64,000 nt of DNA. Source: Myxococcota bacterium (GTDB lineage: Bacteria; Myxococcota_A; Polyangia; Polyangiales; Sandaracinaceae). Below are positions 52,625 through 62,289 of this stretch, piece after piece. The notes under the pieces are model-generated. The model had not been told where the DNA came from and made no database searches. It saw only the letters and a list, made by a program, of their open reading frames with translations. The first letter of the stretch is position 1; each line of letters starts with the position of its first letter. The stretch covers positions 1 to 64,000 of the forward strand of contig JAYZQJ010000097.1 of assembly GCA_036149055.1 (NCBI GenBank). The letters are read 5' to 3'. The translations under genes and the position numbers were made by a program.

Positions 52625-53698
52625 ATGAAGTCGTCGGACGAGCCTCTGGAGCTGACGCCCGGAGCGACCCTCGAAGGTCGCTACCGGGTCCACGGGCTGC
52701 TCGGGCAAGGCGGCATGGGCCGGGTCTGGGACGCGACCCACCTGAGCCTCGATCGGCCGGTCGTCGTCAAGACGCTGCGCGGCCAGGCGGCCCGGAGCGA
52801 GGTCGCGGTGAAGCGGTTCCTGCGCGAGGCGCGGTCGGCGGCGGAGCTCGACCACGAGGGCGTCGTGCGCGTCCTCGACGTCGGCCGACTGCCGGACGCG
52901 TCGCCCTACTTCGTGATGGAGAAGCTCGAGGGGCAGACGCTCGCCGAGGCGCTCGCGCGGCGCGGCCCGTTCTCGCTGGAGGAGGCGTGCGAGTGGCTCA
53001 CCCCGGTGGCCAGCGCGCTCGACGTGGCCCACGCGGCGGGCGTCATCCATCGCGACGTGAAGCCGGCCAACGTGTTCCGGGCGCAGACCGCCGGGGGCGC
53101 GACCTCCAAGCTCCTCGACTTCGGCGTCGCCGCGCTCCGGGACGACGCCGGGGGCGACCGTGCCACTCGCCTCACCGCGCTCGGCGCGCTGGTGGGCACG
53201 CCGCACTACATGGCGCCGGAGTGCGCGGAGGGCGACCGAGGCGGCCCGGGCAGCGACGTCTACGGGCTGGCCTGCGTGGCGTTCAAGATGCTCACCGGCC
53301 GCGTCCCCCACCAGGCGGACACGACGATGGGCGTGCTCATGGCGAAGATCTACGAGTCCGCGCCGAGCCTCTCCGAGCGCGGCCGCGACCAGGCGTTCCC
53401 GGCCTCGGTGGAGGCGCTCTTCGCCGACGCGCTCGCCCGCGACCCGGCGCGCCGCCCGCGGACCGCGACCGAATTCGTCGAGCGCCTCCGCGAGGCGTCG
53501 AAGGATCCGAAGGCGGGCACCGTCACCGTGCCCCCCGCGCGCCGCGTCCCGAGCACCGACGAGCTCCCCTCGGTGCGCCCGCCGCCCCTCGCCCCCGCTC
53601 CGTCCGCGCCCTCCCCGCGCCGCGGCGACCTCCTCTGGTTCGCCCTCGCCAGCCTCGCCCTCACCGCCCTCCTCGCGGCCGGCTGCCTCTGGCTCTAG
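52625..53698 (+). CDS. Ser/Thr protein kinase with C-terminal membrane anchor
   Basis: GQGGMGRVW, VVVK, HRDVKPAN, DFG, GTPHYMAPE. Confidence 0.92.
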   Translation: MKSSDEPLELTPGATLEGRYRVHGLLGQGGMGRVWDATHLSLDRPVVVKTLRGQAARSEVAVKRFLREARSAAELDHEGVVRVLDVGRLPDASPYFVMEKLEGQTLAEALARRGPFSLEEACEWLTPVASALDVAHAAGVIHRDVKPANVFRAQTAGGATSKLLDFGVAALRDDAGGDRATRLTALGALVGTPHYMAPECAEGDRGGPGSDVYGLACVAFKMLTGRVPHQADTTMGVLMAKIYESAPSLSERGRDQAFPASVEALFADALARDPARRPRTATEFVERLREASKDPKAGTVTVPPARRVPSTDELPSVRPPPLAPAPSAPSPRRGDLLWFALASLALTALLAAGCLWL

Positions 53699-53759
53699 AG
53701 GTCTCGAATGAGCAGGAGTGCTCATGGTCCAGCCCGGCGCGCTCTCCTAGGGTCGACGC

Positions 53760-54737
53760 ATGGGGACGAATCGACGAGCTGGGGGGCTGGCGCTGGCGGC
53801 GGCGCTCCTCGTGGGCTGCGACGGCGGGGTCGTCGTGAGCGAGGGGGAGCGGCAGGCGCTCGCCGACTACGAGGAGGCCGCCGCCGACGGCGCGCGCGCG
53901 TTCGAGAGCCTGGGCGCGGCCACGGACGCGCTCGACGCGCAGCTCGAGGCCGACGCCGACGACGCGGCGATCGACGCGGCGATCGACGCGCTGGCGACCG
54001 AGGTGGCGGCCCTCGAGCGCGCGGTGCAGGACCTCGAAGAGGCGGAGCTGGAGCTGCGGCGGGCGAGCTACGGCGACGCGCCCGGGGTGCGGCGAGACGC
54101 GCTCGCGGGGGCGGTGCTCTACGTGGTCGGCGTCGCCGCGTTCGCGGTGACGATGCGCGCGCTCAGCGACCGAATGAGTCAGGCGCGGACGCGGCGGGAT
54201 CAGGCGCTCGCGCGCGAGGACTTCACCGCCTACGAGCGCGAGCGCGCCGAGATGCGATCGCTCGGCGCGCAGGCGACCCAGCAGCTGGTGACCAAGGTCC
54301 TGCCCAACCCGGTCCGGCGCGCGGCGAGCCTGGTGCCCGGCGCCGAGCTGGTGATCACCGCCCAGAGCGCGATCAGCGACGTGACGACCCTCGCCGCGAC
54401 CGACGCGTGCCGCGTGGCCCCCGACGCGGACGAGTGTCGCTTCGGGGCGTCGACCGCCGACTCGGGCGCGGTGGTGGTGATCCCCGCCGGTGAGCTCCAG
54501 ATCACGGTGACCGCCCCCGGCCTCGCCCGCACCGTGGTCGACGGAGTCGTGGTCGCGGAGGGGGAGCGCGTGACCCTCGAGGTCGACCTCCCGGCCCACG
54601 CCGATCTCCCCGGAGAGAACGACGGCGACATCCAGCACTGCTACGGCCACTTCGGCTGCTTCGACGGCACCTCCGACTGGCTGCCCACCGAGTGCGCGAG
54701 CGAGGGCGGCACCCCGATGCCAGGCCCCTGCCCTTAG
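53760..54737 (+). CDS. Hypothetical lipoprotein (coiled coil, internal hydrophobic helix, beta-sandwich, Cys-rich tail)
   Basis: Lipobox LVGC; composition and segment pattern. Confidence 0.7.
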   Translation: MGTNRRAGGLALAAALLVGCDGGVVVSEGERQALADYEEAAADGARAFESLGAATDALDAQLEADADDAAIDAAIDALATEVAALERAVQDLEEAELELRRASYGDAPGVRRDALAGAVLYVVGVAAFAVTMRALSDRMSQARTRRDQALAREDFTAYERERAEMRSLGAQATQQLVTKVLPNPVRRAASLVPGAELVITAQSAISDVTTLAATDACRVAPDADECRFGASTADSGAVVVIPAGELQITVTAPGLARTVVDGVVVAEGERVTLEVDLPAHADLPGENDGDIQHCYGHFGCFDGTSDWLPTECASEGGTPMPGPCP

Positions 54738-54740
54738 CGG

Positions 54741-55352
54741 CTAGAGCGGATCGAGGGCGCTTCGGTGGGCGAGCGCGAAGGCGAGCAGCGCTTGGGAGCC
54801 GCGCAGCCCGAGCTTGCGACACATGTTCGCGCGGTGGTTCTGGACGGTGCGAGTGCTGACGTGGAGCAGCTCGGCGATCTCCCGGCTGGTCCTGTGCTGC
54901 GAGACGAGCCGCAGCACCCGGCGCTCCGCGGGGGAGAGCGTCTCGACGGTCGGCGACGCGCCGGCGTCCCCGAGCCCTGGGCTCGCGAAGGGGCGCCCGC
55001 TCGCGACCCGCTCCACGCACGCGACGATCTGCGTCGCCGCGTCCTCCTTGAGCACGTAGCCGAGCGCGCCCAGCTCCCGCGCCCGGGCGGCGTACGCGTC
55101 GTGCATCGTCAGCACCACGAACGCGGGCGCCGACGGCCAGGTCCGAGCCTGCGCCAGCACCTCCAGCCCGTCGATCCCCGGCATCGACAGATCGATCACC
55201 GCCACGTCCGGCGCCCGCGCCTGGATCACCGCGATGGCCTCGTGGCCGTCGGTCGCCTCGCCGATCACCGCGAGGCCGCGGCCCTCGAGCGCGGCGCGCA
55301 GCCCCTGCCGAAACAGCGGGTGATCGTCGGCGATGACCACGCGCAGCGTCAT
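54741..55352 (-). CDS. NarL/FixJ-family response regulator
   Basis: VIADDHPLFRQG, IDLSMPGIDG, LTMH, GYVLK; LuxR HTH SREIAELLHVSTRTVQNHRANMCRKL. Confidence 0.92.
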   Translation of the reverse strand: MTLRVVIADDHPLFRQGLRAALEGRGLAVIGEATDGHEAIAVIQARAPDVAVIDLSMPGIDGLEVLAQARTWPSAPAFVVLTMHDAYAARARELGALGYVLKEDAATQIVACVERVASGRPFASPGLGDAGASPTVETLSPAERRVLRLVSQHRTSREIAELLHVSTRTVQNHRANMCRKLGLRGSQALLAFALAHRSALDPL

Positions 55353-57124
55353 CCTGCTTCCGAGTCTACTCGATCGGTTGGGCTGCTCGCGTGGAGCGCG
55401 AGCCGCACCCGCGTCCCGCCGCCTACGGACGCCTCGATTGTCAGCGTCGCGTCGATGAGCCGCGCGCGCTCCCGCATGCTCACCCAGCCCAGGCCCTCCT
55501 CGACCTCCGCGGGATCGAAGCCACCTCCGTCGTCCTCGACACGCAGGACCACGCGCTCCTCCTCGCGCCTGAGCACGACCGTGATCCCGCTCGCCTCGGC
55601 GTGCCGCAGCGCGTTGCTGAGGGCCTCCTGCAGCACGCGGAAGATCGGCAGCCAGCCCTCCCGTGGCACCTGCGCGTCGACGTCCTGCACGACGACTTCC
55701 GGCTCGAGGCCCGCCGCCTCGATCGCGCGCTGCGCCGCGTTCCGGACCGCCTCGGCGAGCCCGAGGCGCTCGAGCTCGTGGGGGTGAAGGGCGTGGGACA
55801 CGCGCCGCAGCTCGGCCACGCTGTCCCGGGCGAGGGCGCCGAGCGCCGGCTGCTCCCGGAGTCGACCGACCAGCACCTGAAGCACCTGACCGACCCCGTC
55901 GTGCAGATCGGCTGCGATGCGACGCCGCTCCTCCTCCTGGGCGCGCGCAGCCCGACGCCGCTCGGCGAGCGCCGCTCGCTCGGCCCGCTCCTTGGCCGCG
56001 CGCAGCACCCGGATCCGCTCCGCGAGCGCGAACGAGAGGAACAACGCGTCGAGCGCGACGCCGACCTCGACCCCGTGCTCCGTCCACCAGCTCCGCCCGA
56101 CCACGTCGTTGGCGCGGAGCGCGAGCGCCACGGTGCCCGGCCCCATCGACAGCATGCCGAGCAGCAGATAGCGCGACGGCGTCCAGCCGCGGAGCGCGGT
56201 GAGGATCACCGGGACGGGCGCGAAGAGGATGACCGGGGGAGCGGCGACCGCGAGGACGGTGACCACCGGCTCGTAGGCGAGCCAGCTGAGCGGCGCCATC
56301 GCGAGGTAGGCGAAGCCGATCGCGGCCACGACCCGGGCGAGGCGGGGAGCGGCCGTCCGCACCTCGGTCATCTCGTGCAGGAAGAGATAGGAGAAGCCGT
56401 AGGAGAGGGAGAGGAACGTCGGTCCGGCCACGTGCGCCCAGCCGGGGCCGTCCGGCCAGAGATACATCGGCCCGTGCCCCTCGAACGCGACGAAGAACCC
56501 CACGATCGACAGCTGGAAGGCGACGTAGAGCAGGTAGGCGCGCGACCGGACGAGGAAGAAGAGGAAGAGGTTGTAGAGCGCGAGCGCTAGCAGGACGCCG
56601 TAGAACAGCCCGAGCCAGAGCTGGCTGTCCGCGCGGTGGCGCTCGAACGCCGCCGCGCTCCACCAACGCAACGAGACCTGCACGCCTCCGGTGGAGCGCA
56701 GCCGCACGAAGACCGTGCGCTCGGCGTCGCTCGGGATGGGAAACGCGAACGTCGGGTGCCGGATCGGACGGGACGCGAAGGGCGCGCGGTCCCCGGTGCG
56801 GTGCGTGATCCATCGCCCGGCCCGGCGAACGTGAACGGACACCTCGTCGGTCTCGGGGAACGCGTGCTCGAGCACCAGCGCGCCCTCGGGCGACGGCTCG
56901 AGAGACGCCCTCAACCAGAACGCCGAGTCCGTCCGCCCCAGCGACCGGTGCCCCGCGGGCAGCGGCGCGAGCTGCGCCTCCGCCACCTCCTCGACCGTGA
57001 GCGCGCCCGACGGATCCTCGAGCACCCAGAGCCGCCCATCGAGGTCCCGCGGCCACCCCTGCGCCTCCGCGCTCGCCGGCGCGACGACGAGCAAGAGCAG
57101 CCAAACGCCCCCTCGCACCCCCAT
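55349..57124 (-). CDS. 7TM-DISM sensor histidine kinase (HisKA_3)
   Basis: Extracellular DISMED2-like region (LGRTDSAFWLR), 7TM block starting GLFYGVLLALALYNLFLF, ERRRIAADLHDGVGQ, QEALSNALRHA, DDGGGFD. Confidence 0.9.
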   Translation of the reverse strand: MGVRGGVWLLLLVVAPASAEAQGWPRDLDGRLWVLEDPSGALTVEEVAEAQLAPLPAGHRSLGRTDSAFWLRASLEPSPEGALVLEHAFPETDEVSVHVRRAGRWITHRTGDRAPFASRPIRHPTFAFPIPSDAERTVFVRLRSTGGVQVSLRWWSAAAFERHRADSQLWLGLFYGVLLALALYNLFLFFLVRSRAYLLYVAFQLSIVGFFVAFEGHGPMYLWPDGPGWAHVAGPTFLSLSYGFSYLFLHEMTEVRTAAPRLARVVAAIGFAYLAMAPLSWLAYEPVVTVLAVAAPPVILFAPVPVILTALRGWTPSRYLLLGMLSMGPGTVALALRANDVVGRSWWTEHGVEVGVALDALFLSFALAERIRVLRAAKERAERAALAERRRAARAQEEERRRIAADLHDGVGQVLQVLVGRLREQPALGALARDSVAELRRVSHALHPHELERLGLAEAVRNAAQRAIEAAGLEPEVVVQDVDAQVPREGWLPIFRVLQEALSNALRHAEASGITVVLRREEERVVLRVEDDGGGFDPAEVEEGLGWVSMRERARLIDATLTIEASVGGGTRVRLALHASSPTDRVDSEAG

Positions 57125-57308
57125 GCGCCAGCTCTACCACGGCAGCCGCCGCGCCACGCGCGAGTGTCCTGAACGCGCCCTCCAGGCGAGCCGCTAGCAC
57201 CTGGCAATCACACGAGAAAAGCACGGCTGCGGTCGCGAGTGACGCGGACCGCCGCGAGCGCCCAAGCTGAGCGCGTCTCCGTGACGGAGAGGGAAGCGAG
57301 GCTGGACG

Positions 57309-57854
57309 ATGACGATTCGATACCAGGTGGGGTTGGACGCCGCCTTGGACGCCCCAGCGGACGAGAGGCCCGGGGGCTTCTGTCGAGACGAGGTGCTCGC
57401 ACACATCGCGGACGCGCTCTCGTCCTTCGACGACCTGGAGGTGCGCGAGCTCCTCTCGGCGGAGCTGCCGATGGCGTGCGGTCGCGAGGAGCACGAGGGA
57501 GAGCTGCTGGTGATGGGGGCGCCCGGAGTGGGGGGCGCGCTCCCGACCCCGCAGGCGGCTCGGGTCATCGACGGGCTGGCGACCCTCGGCCGGTCGGGCG
57601 AGATCTCCGATTCGCTTTTCCCGGACACCGGGGAGCGCGGCGTGCTGGTGCCGCCCTGGGTCCCTCCGGCGGGGCGCTTCGGCTTCCCGCACCCGCACCC
57701 GCTCGCGGGCGTCGCCTGGTCGAACATGGTCTCCGTCGCCAAACACGTGCGCTCCGTCGCCGAAGGCGACCCGGAGGCGTCGAAGCTCGTGAGCCTGCTC
57801 GACTTCTGCGTTCGCGAGAAGCTCGTGGTCAGCTGGTCCCGGAGCAACCGATGA
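57309..57854 (+). CDS. Hypothetical protein
   Basis: 181 aa ORF with ordinary composition; first gene of a coupled + strand run. Confidence 0.55.
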   Translation: MTIRYQVGLDAALDAPADERPGGFCRDEVLAHIADALSSFDDLEVRELLSAELPMACGREEHEGELLVMGAPGVGGALPTPQAARVIDGLATLGRSGEISDSLFPDTGERGVLVPPWVPPAGRFGFPHPHPLAGVAWSNMVSVAKHVRSVAEGDPEASKLVSLLDFCVREKLVVSWSRSNR

Positions 57855-57972
57855 CGCGGAGCGAGGCGAAACGACGTCAGGACGTCGTCGACGACATCGG
57901 TGCGGCGGTGCGGGGCTCGAACGAAGCGCAGCGGGTCGAGGAGCGCGTGGACGGCGAGCCACGGGGCCAGTC

Positions 57973-59180
57973 GTGAACGGCCCCGAGCTGACACGAGAGG
58001 GGGTGTTGGCCCGGCTGATCGCCACTGGCGAGGTCTCGGTTCCGGGCTTCGGTCGCTTCGTCATCCGCGACCGTGGTGACGATCGGCAGCTGCCCTCGTT
58101 CCAGGCGGAGCCGGCGCTGATGGACGCGCGCGAAGGCGCGCCCCACAGGCTGCCCGCGCCCTGGTCTGAGGTGGTGAGCGCCCTTCGTGATGGACAGCAG
58201 CGTGAGGTTCCGGCCTCGGCACCTTCGCGGTCCGCGAGCAGAGGGGCTATCGAACGCGAGATCCGCGGACGGGCGAGCCAGTCCAGGTCGCGCCGACCAA
58301 GACCGTGAGGATGACGCTCTCCCGGGCGTGGCGGGATGGGGCGCGTCGACGGATCCCCCCGTGTGAGCACTGGCTAGGCCCGGCCGCGGCCGCCCCGCCC
58401 CCGCCAAGCGCCTCCGCCCAGGAGCGGACGCCCGCCGACGTCGTGGGCGAGATCGCCGCCGGCCTCTCGTACCTCGTGCCGGAGGGCCCGCGCCGCGCCT
58501 CCGTGGTGGCCGAGCTGCAGATGCTCGAGCCCGACCTGGACGTCGCCAGCCTCGAGGCGCAGCTCGACGGAATCCTGGCGCGCACCGGCTCGGACCGGCG
58601 GACGCGCCCGCTCGCAGGAGCGATCGAGGCTCGGCCCGAGGAGCTCGCCTCGATGCGGGCTCAGCTGGATCACCTGAGGCGGGCCGCCGTACGTCACTAC
58701 GGCCACCCTAGGGAGCATCATCGCGTCGTCGCGGCGACCCTCGAGGTTCACCGGCAGACCACCGGAGTGCTGGGGGTGACGGATCCGCTGGCCTACACAC
58801 ACATCGCGCTGCAGGACACCCTCGGCTCGTCGCCCGAGGTGGCCGCCGCGCTTCCGAGGATCGGCGACTTTCACAACGCTCGGATCCTCACGCTGTTCGG
58901 CAACGACCTCGTGGGGCTCCCCATCCCGACGGCGCGGCTGAGCGAGCTGCGCGCGCTGCATCTCGCTCAGAACCAGCTGGTCACCCTCCCCGAGGCGCTC
59001 TACGCCTGCGAGGCGCTCGAGTGGCTCGACCTCTCCGACAACCCCCTGAGGAGCGTCCCCGACGGGATCGAGCGCTGGAGGTCACTCCGCTATCTGGGCC
59101 TGCGACGGACCGAGCTCTCCGCCCCGGTCGTGAACGAGCTCCGCGCGCGCCTGCCCGACCGATGCATGGTCGAGAGCTGA
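57973..59180 (+). pseudogene. Tandem HU/IHF-like domains fused to a leucine-rich-repeat domain, split by a 1-nt frameshift near 58211
   Basis: Frame A: GEVSVPGFGRFVIRDR..PSFQAEPALMDA and ..ALRDGQQREVP. Frame B from 58212: GLGTFAVREQRGYRTRDPRTGEPVQVAPTKTVRM, continuing into LRRs (LHLAQNQLVTLP, LDLSDNPLRSVP). Confidence 0.72.
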
Positions 59181-59299
59181 ACACCCCGTCTCTCGAACGG
59201 CACGACGACAGCAATCTCGATGACTTGCGTGCAGTCATCCCGCGAGCTGAAGCGGCCGAGATCGGCCCTCACCCTCTCACCCACGGGAAGGAGATCGCG

Positions 59300-60808
59300 A
59301 TGCGGTGGATGATGTGCGTGGCAATGGCCGTAGGCCTCGGTGGGTGTGCCCTCGGCGGCGGTCGGGCCGGGCATCCCGACGGCGGCCGGGGACCACGACC
59401 AGACGCGGGACGTGAAGGGCCCATCGACGCCGGGGCTGGCGCCGACCGGGACGCGAGCGCCCCGGCGGACGCGGCCGACGCGAGCGCCCCGGTCGACGCG
59501 ACCGCGGGCAGCGCGACGTGCGACCATCACGATTGCGGCGGAGACTGCGCCGACCTCCGTCGCGATCCCAGGCACTGCGGAGCCTGCGACGTGGCCTGTG
59601 GCGTCGACGAGGTCTGCGACGAGGGGGCCTGTCAGGCGACGCCGGTGGAGGCGTGGCGGGTGGACTATGGCCTCGGGCGCCCCGCCACGCCTGGCGCCGA
59701 CCGCCTGCAGGATCTCGCGATCGACCCGAGCGGCCGCCCGTACGTGGTCGGCTGGGGTCGTGCCGCGCGCTACCTGGCGCACGACGCGGTGGCCGGCGGA
59801 TTCGTGGAGGGCCTCGACCTCGCGGGACGCTCGCGCTTCTTGCACGTCACCCCGATCTTCGAGCACACCGGCGCGCTGCCGCTCGGGGTCGCGGTCGCGG
59901 CCGACGGCCGCTACTACGTCGTGGGCTCGGTCACGGGGCCCTACGCGTTCGACGCCACGCACCACGCGCCCTCGGAGGCCCACTCGTTCGTCGCGGGGTA
60001 CGACCCCGACGGGTCGATGGGGTGGCTGCTGGCGTCGAGCATGACCGCCGCGCCGCAGATCGACCTCCGCGACGGCGAGCTGTACGCGGCTCTGCGTCAT
60101 CAAGACCGGCCCTATGTGCTCGGCGGGGTCACGCTGATCAGCGATGACCACTCGGGTTACGACATCTACACCGTCTCGATGACGACCGACGGCGCGGTTC
60201 GCTGGGGTCGCGGGGCGCTCGGCGGTCGCGCGAACGGGCTCGCCGCCGCGCCAGGCCACGTGGTGCGAGCGGGCTCCGAGTCGATCGCGACCGGCGGGGG
60301 GTTCTCCACCCAGCGCCACGCGCTCGAGGTCTTCGACACCGACGGAGAACCGCTCCCCGGCTATCGCGCGCTGAACGACCACGGCGGCGTCCTCGGCACG
60401 GCCGTGGCCGAGGGTGGAGGCGTCGTCTACGTGGCCGCGCTGGGCACCGACGACGCCGGCTGGGTGATCCAGCGCTACGTCGACCGCAACTTCGAGTGGG
60501 AGCGACAACTCGGCGCCGCCATCACGCTCGGCGACCTCGCGGTGGACGAGGCGGGTCGCGTCTACGCGTCGGGCGTGGTCAGGGACGGGGTGAGCTTCGA
60601 CGGGGTGACGCGCGGCGCCGCCGACGAGGGCTTCGTCGTCGCCCTCGACGAGATGGGCGACACCCGCTGGTCGTGGTTCCACGCGGCCCCCGCCGACGCG
60701 TTCAACACGCGGGTCCGGGAGATCGAGGTCTCCGGCGAGCGGGTCTACGTCCGGCTCGAGTATGCGGGGTACGGAGGCGCGAGGGTGCTGGCGTTGCGAC
60801 AGCGCTGA
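59300..60808 (+). CDS. Lipoprotein with Cys-rich repeat and beta-propeller domain
   Basis: Lipobox LGGC, AGGAG RBS; CADLRRDPRHCGACDVAC; repeated LAIDPSGRPYVVG / LAVDEAGRVYASG blades. Confidence 0.8.
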   Translation: MRWMMCVAMAVGLGGCALGGGRAGHPDGGRGPRPDAGREGPIDAGAGADRDASAPADAADASAPVDATAGSATCDHHDCGGDCADLRRDPRHCGACDVACGVDEVCDEGACQATPVEAWRVDYGLGRPATPGADRLQDLAIDPSGRPYVVGWGRAARYLAHDAVAGGFVEGLDLAGRSRFLHVTPIFEHTGALPLGVAVAADGRYYVVGSVTGPYAFDATHHAPSEAHSFVAGYDPDGSMGWLLASSMTAAPQIDLRDGELYAALRHQDRPYVLGGVTLISDDHSGYDIYTVSMTTDGAVRWGRGALGGRANGLAAAPGHVVRAGSESIATGGGFSTQRHALEVFDTDGEPLPGYRALNDHGGVLGTAVAEGGGVVYVAALGTDDAGWVIQRYVDRNFEWERQLGAAITLGDLAVDEAGRVYASGVVRDGVSFDGVTRGAADEGFVVALDEMGDTRWSWFHAAPADAFNTRVREIEVSGERVYVRLEYAGYGGARVLALRQR

Positions 60809-60822
60809 CCCGCGCGCGAGGC

Positions 60823-62148
60823 TCACCAGGCGGCGCGGCGGAGCAGGTAGCGCGCGCCCAGCGACACGAGCTCCTCGATGAAGCGCGGGTCGTCGAGGAG
60901 CTCGGGGCGCAGCACCACCGCCGACTCCAGGCAGTGCCGGAGCGCGGCGCCGAACACCGCCGCGAGCCGCGCGGGGTCGCCGCCTCGCACCTCTCCTCGC
61001 GCCTCGAGCTGCCGCCGACCGATGGACTCGATCGCGCTCGAGACCTCGCCACGGACCTCGTGGACCCAGGCCTGCGGCACCTCGGCCAGCAGCGCGCGCC
61101 GCGCCCGACGGTCCGGCCGCGCCCGCTCGACGAGGGGCTCGATCAGGCCCCGGAGGAGCGCGGCGAGGCTCCCTTCGCCCGGGGCGCCGAGCGGCGCGGA
61201 GAGCAGCTGCAGGGTGGCCGCCTCGCGCCGGCGCGCCAGCTCCGCGACCATCGCGCGCAGATCGGGGAAGTAGCGATACAGCGTCGCGGGGCTGACCCCC
61301 GCCCGGCGCGCGACCGCTCGCGCGGAGGTGGCCGCCCAGCCTCCTTCGGTGAGCAGCTCCAGCATGGCGCCGAGGATGGCCTCCACCGAGGCGCGCCCCC
61401 GCGCCGTGCTCGGGGTCTCGCGGACGGCGACCTCCGCCCCGCGCTCGGGCGACTCCTCTCGCAGCCGGGCGGCCACGTCGGCGAGCGGCTCGGGCCAGGG
61501 CGCCGGGGGCGGCGACTCGGGGGCCTCGAGCGTGGCGCCGTCGGGCGCCGCGTATCGCCACGCGAGCGCGAACAGCTCCGCCCGGAGCGCGGGGTCGCCC
61601 AGGGTCTCGGGGCGCCGGAGGATCGCGTCCTCGACCGCGCCCTCCACGGCGTGGAAGACCACGAACGACATGACGTCGCGGGGGCCGTCGCGCAGCGCGA
61701 GCTGATCCATCACCTGCGCGAGCAGGCGCTCCGTGCTCGAGTCGGTGGGTCCGGAGGCGGGGAGCACCCAGGCGGCCGGGACCTGCAGGAGGAGCGCGCG
61801 CCGGGTGGCGAGGTTCGCGAGCCGAGGGTCGAGCAGCACGTCGACCAGGCTCGACGTGACCGCGCGCGGATCCCCGACGTCGATCGCCGCCGCCCGCTCC
61901 ATGGCGGACTCGAGCGCGTTCTGCTCCAGTCGCCGCGCGAGCTCGACGACGATGGCGTGCTTGTCGGGGAAGTACTGGTAGAGCGAGCCGATGCTCACCC
62001 CCGCCACTCGCGCGATCGCGTTCGTGTTCAGCGCCTCGTAGCCGTCCCGGTCGAGGAGCAGGGCGGTGGCGTCCCGGACGGCGGCCACGATGGCCCGCCC
62101 CTCCGACGTGGTGGGGTCGCGTCGTCGCTCGGGGACCTCGGCGCTCAC
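60823..62148 (-). CDS. TetR-family regulator with two tandem TetR modules
   Basis: IARVAGVSIGSLYQYFPDK and VARRAGVSPATLYRYFPDL HTH motifs. Confidence 0.88.
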   Translation of the reverse strand: MSAEVPERRRDPTTSEGRAIVAAVRDATALLLDRDGYEALNTNAIARVAGVSIGSLYQYFPDKHAIVVELARRLEQNALESAMERAAAIDVGDPRAVTSSLVDVLLDPRLANLATRRALLLQVPAAWVLPASGPTDSSTERLLAQVMDQLALRDGPRDVMSFVVFHAVEGAVEDAILRRPETLGDPALRAELFALAWRYAAPDGATLEAPESPPPAPWPEPLADVAARLREESPERGAEVAVRETPSTARGRASVEAILGAMLELLTEGGWAATSARAVARRAGVSPATLYRYFPDLRAMVAELARRREAATLQLLSAPLGAPGEGSLAALLRGLIEPLVERARPDRRARRALLAEVPQAWVHEVRGEVSSAIESIGRRQLEARGEVRGGDPARLAAVFGAALRHCLESAVVLRPELLDDPRFIEELVSLGARYLLRRAAW

Positions 62149-62289
62149 GCCCCGGTTCTAACACGCCCCCGCACCTCGACGGAGCTGAACGCGCCCGGGT
62201 GTCTCGGTCGATCGTGAACGATCCCCAGGAGTTGCGGTCGCTGGTCTCGCGAGCTGCGGCGCCCCGCGCGGCCCCTCACCTTGAACGCC

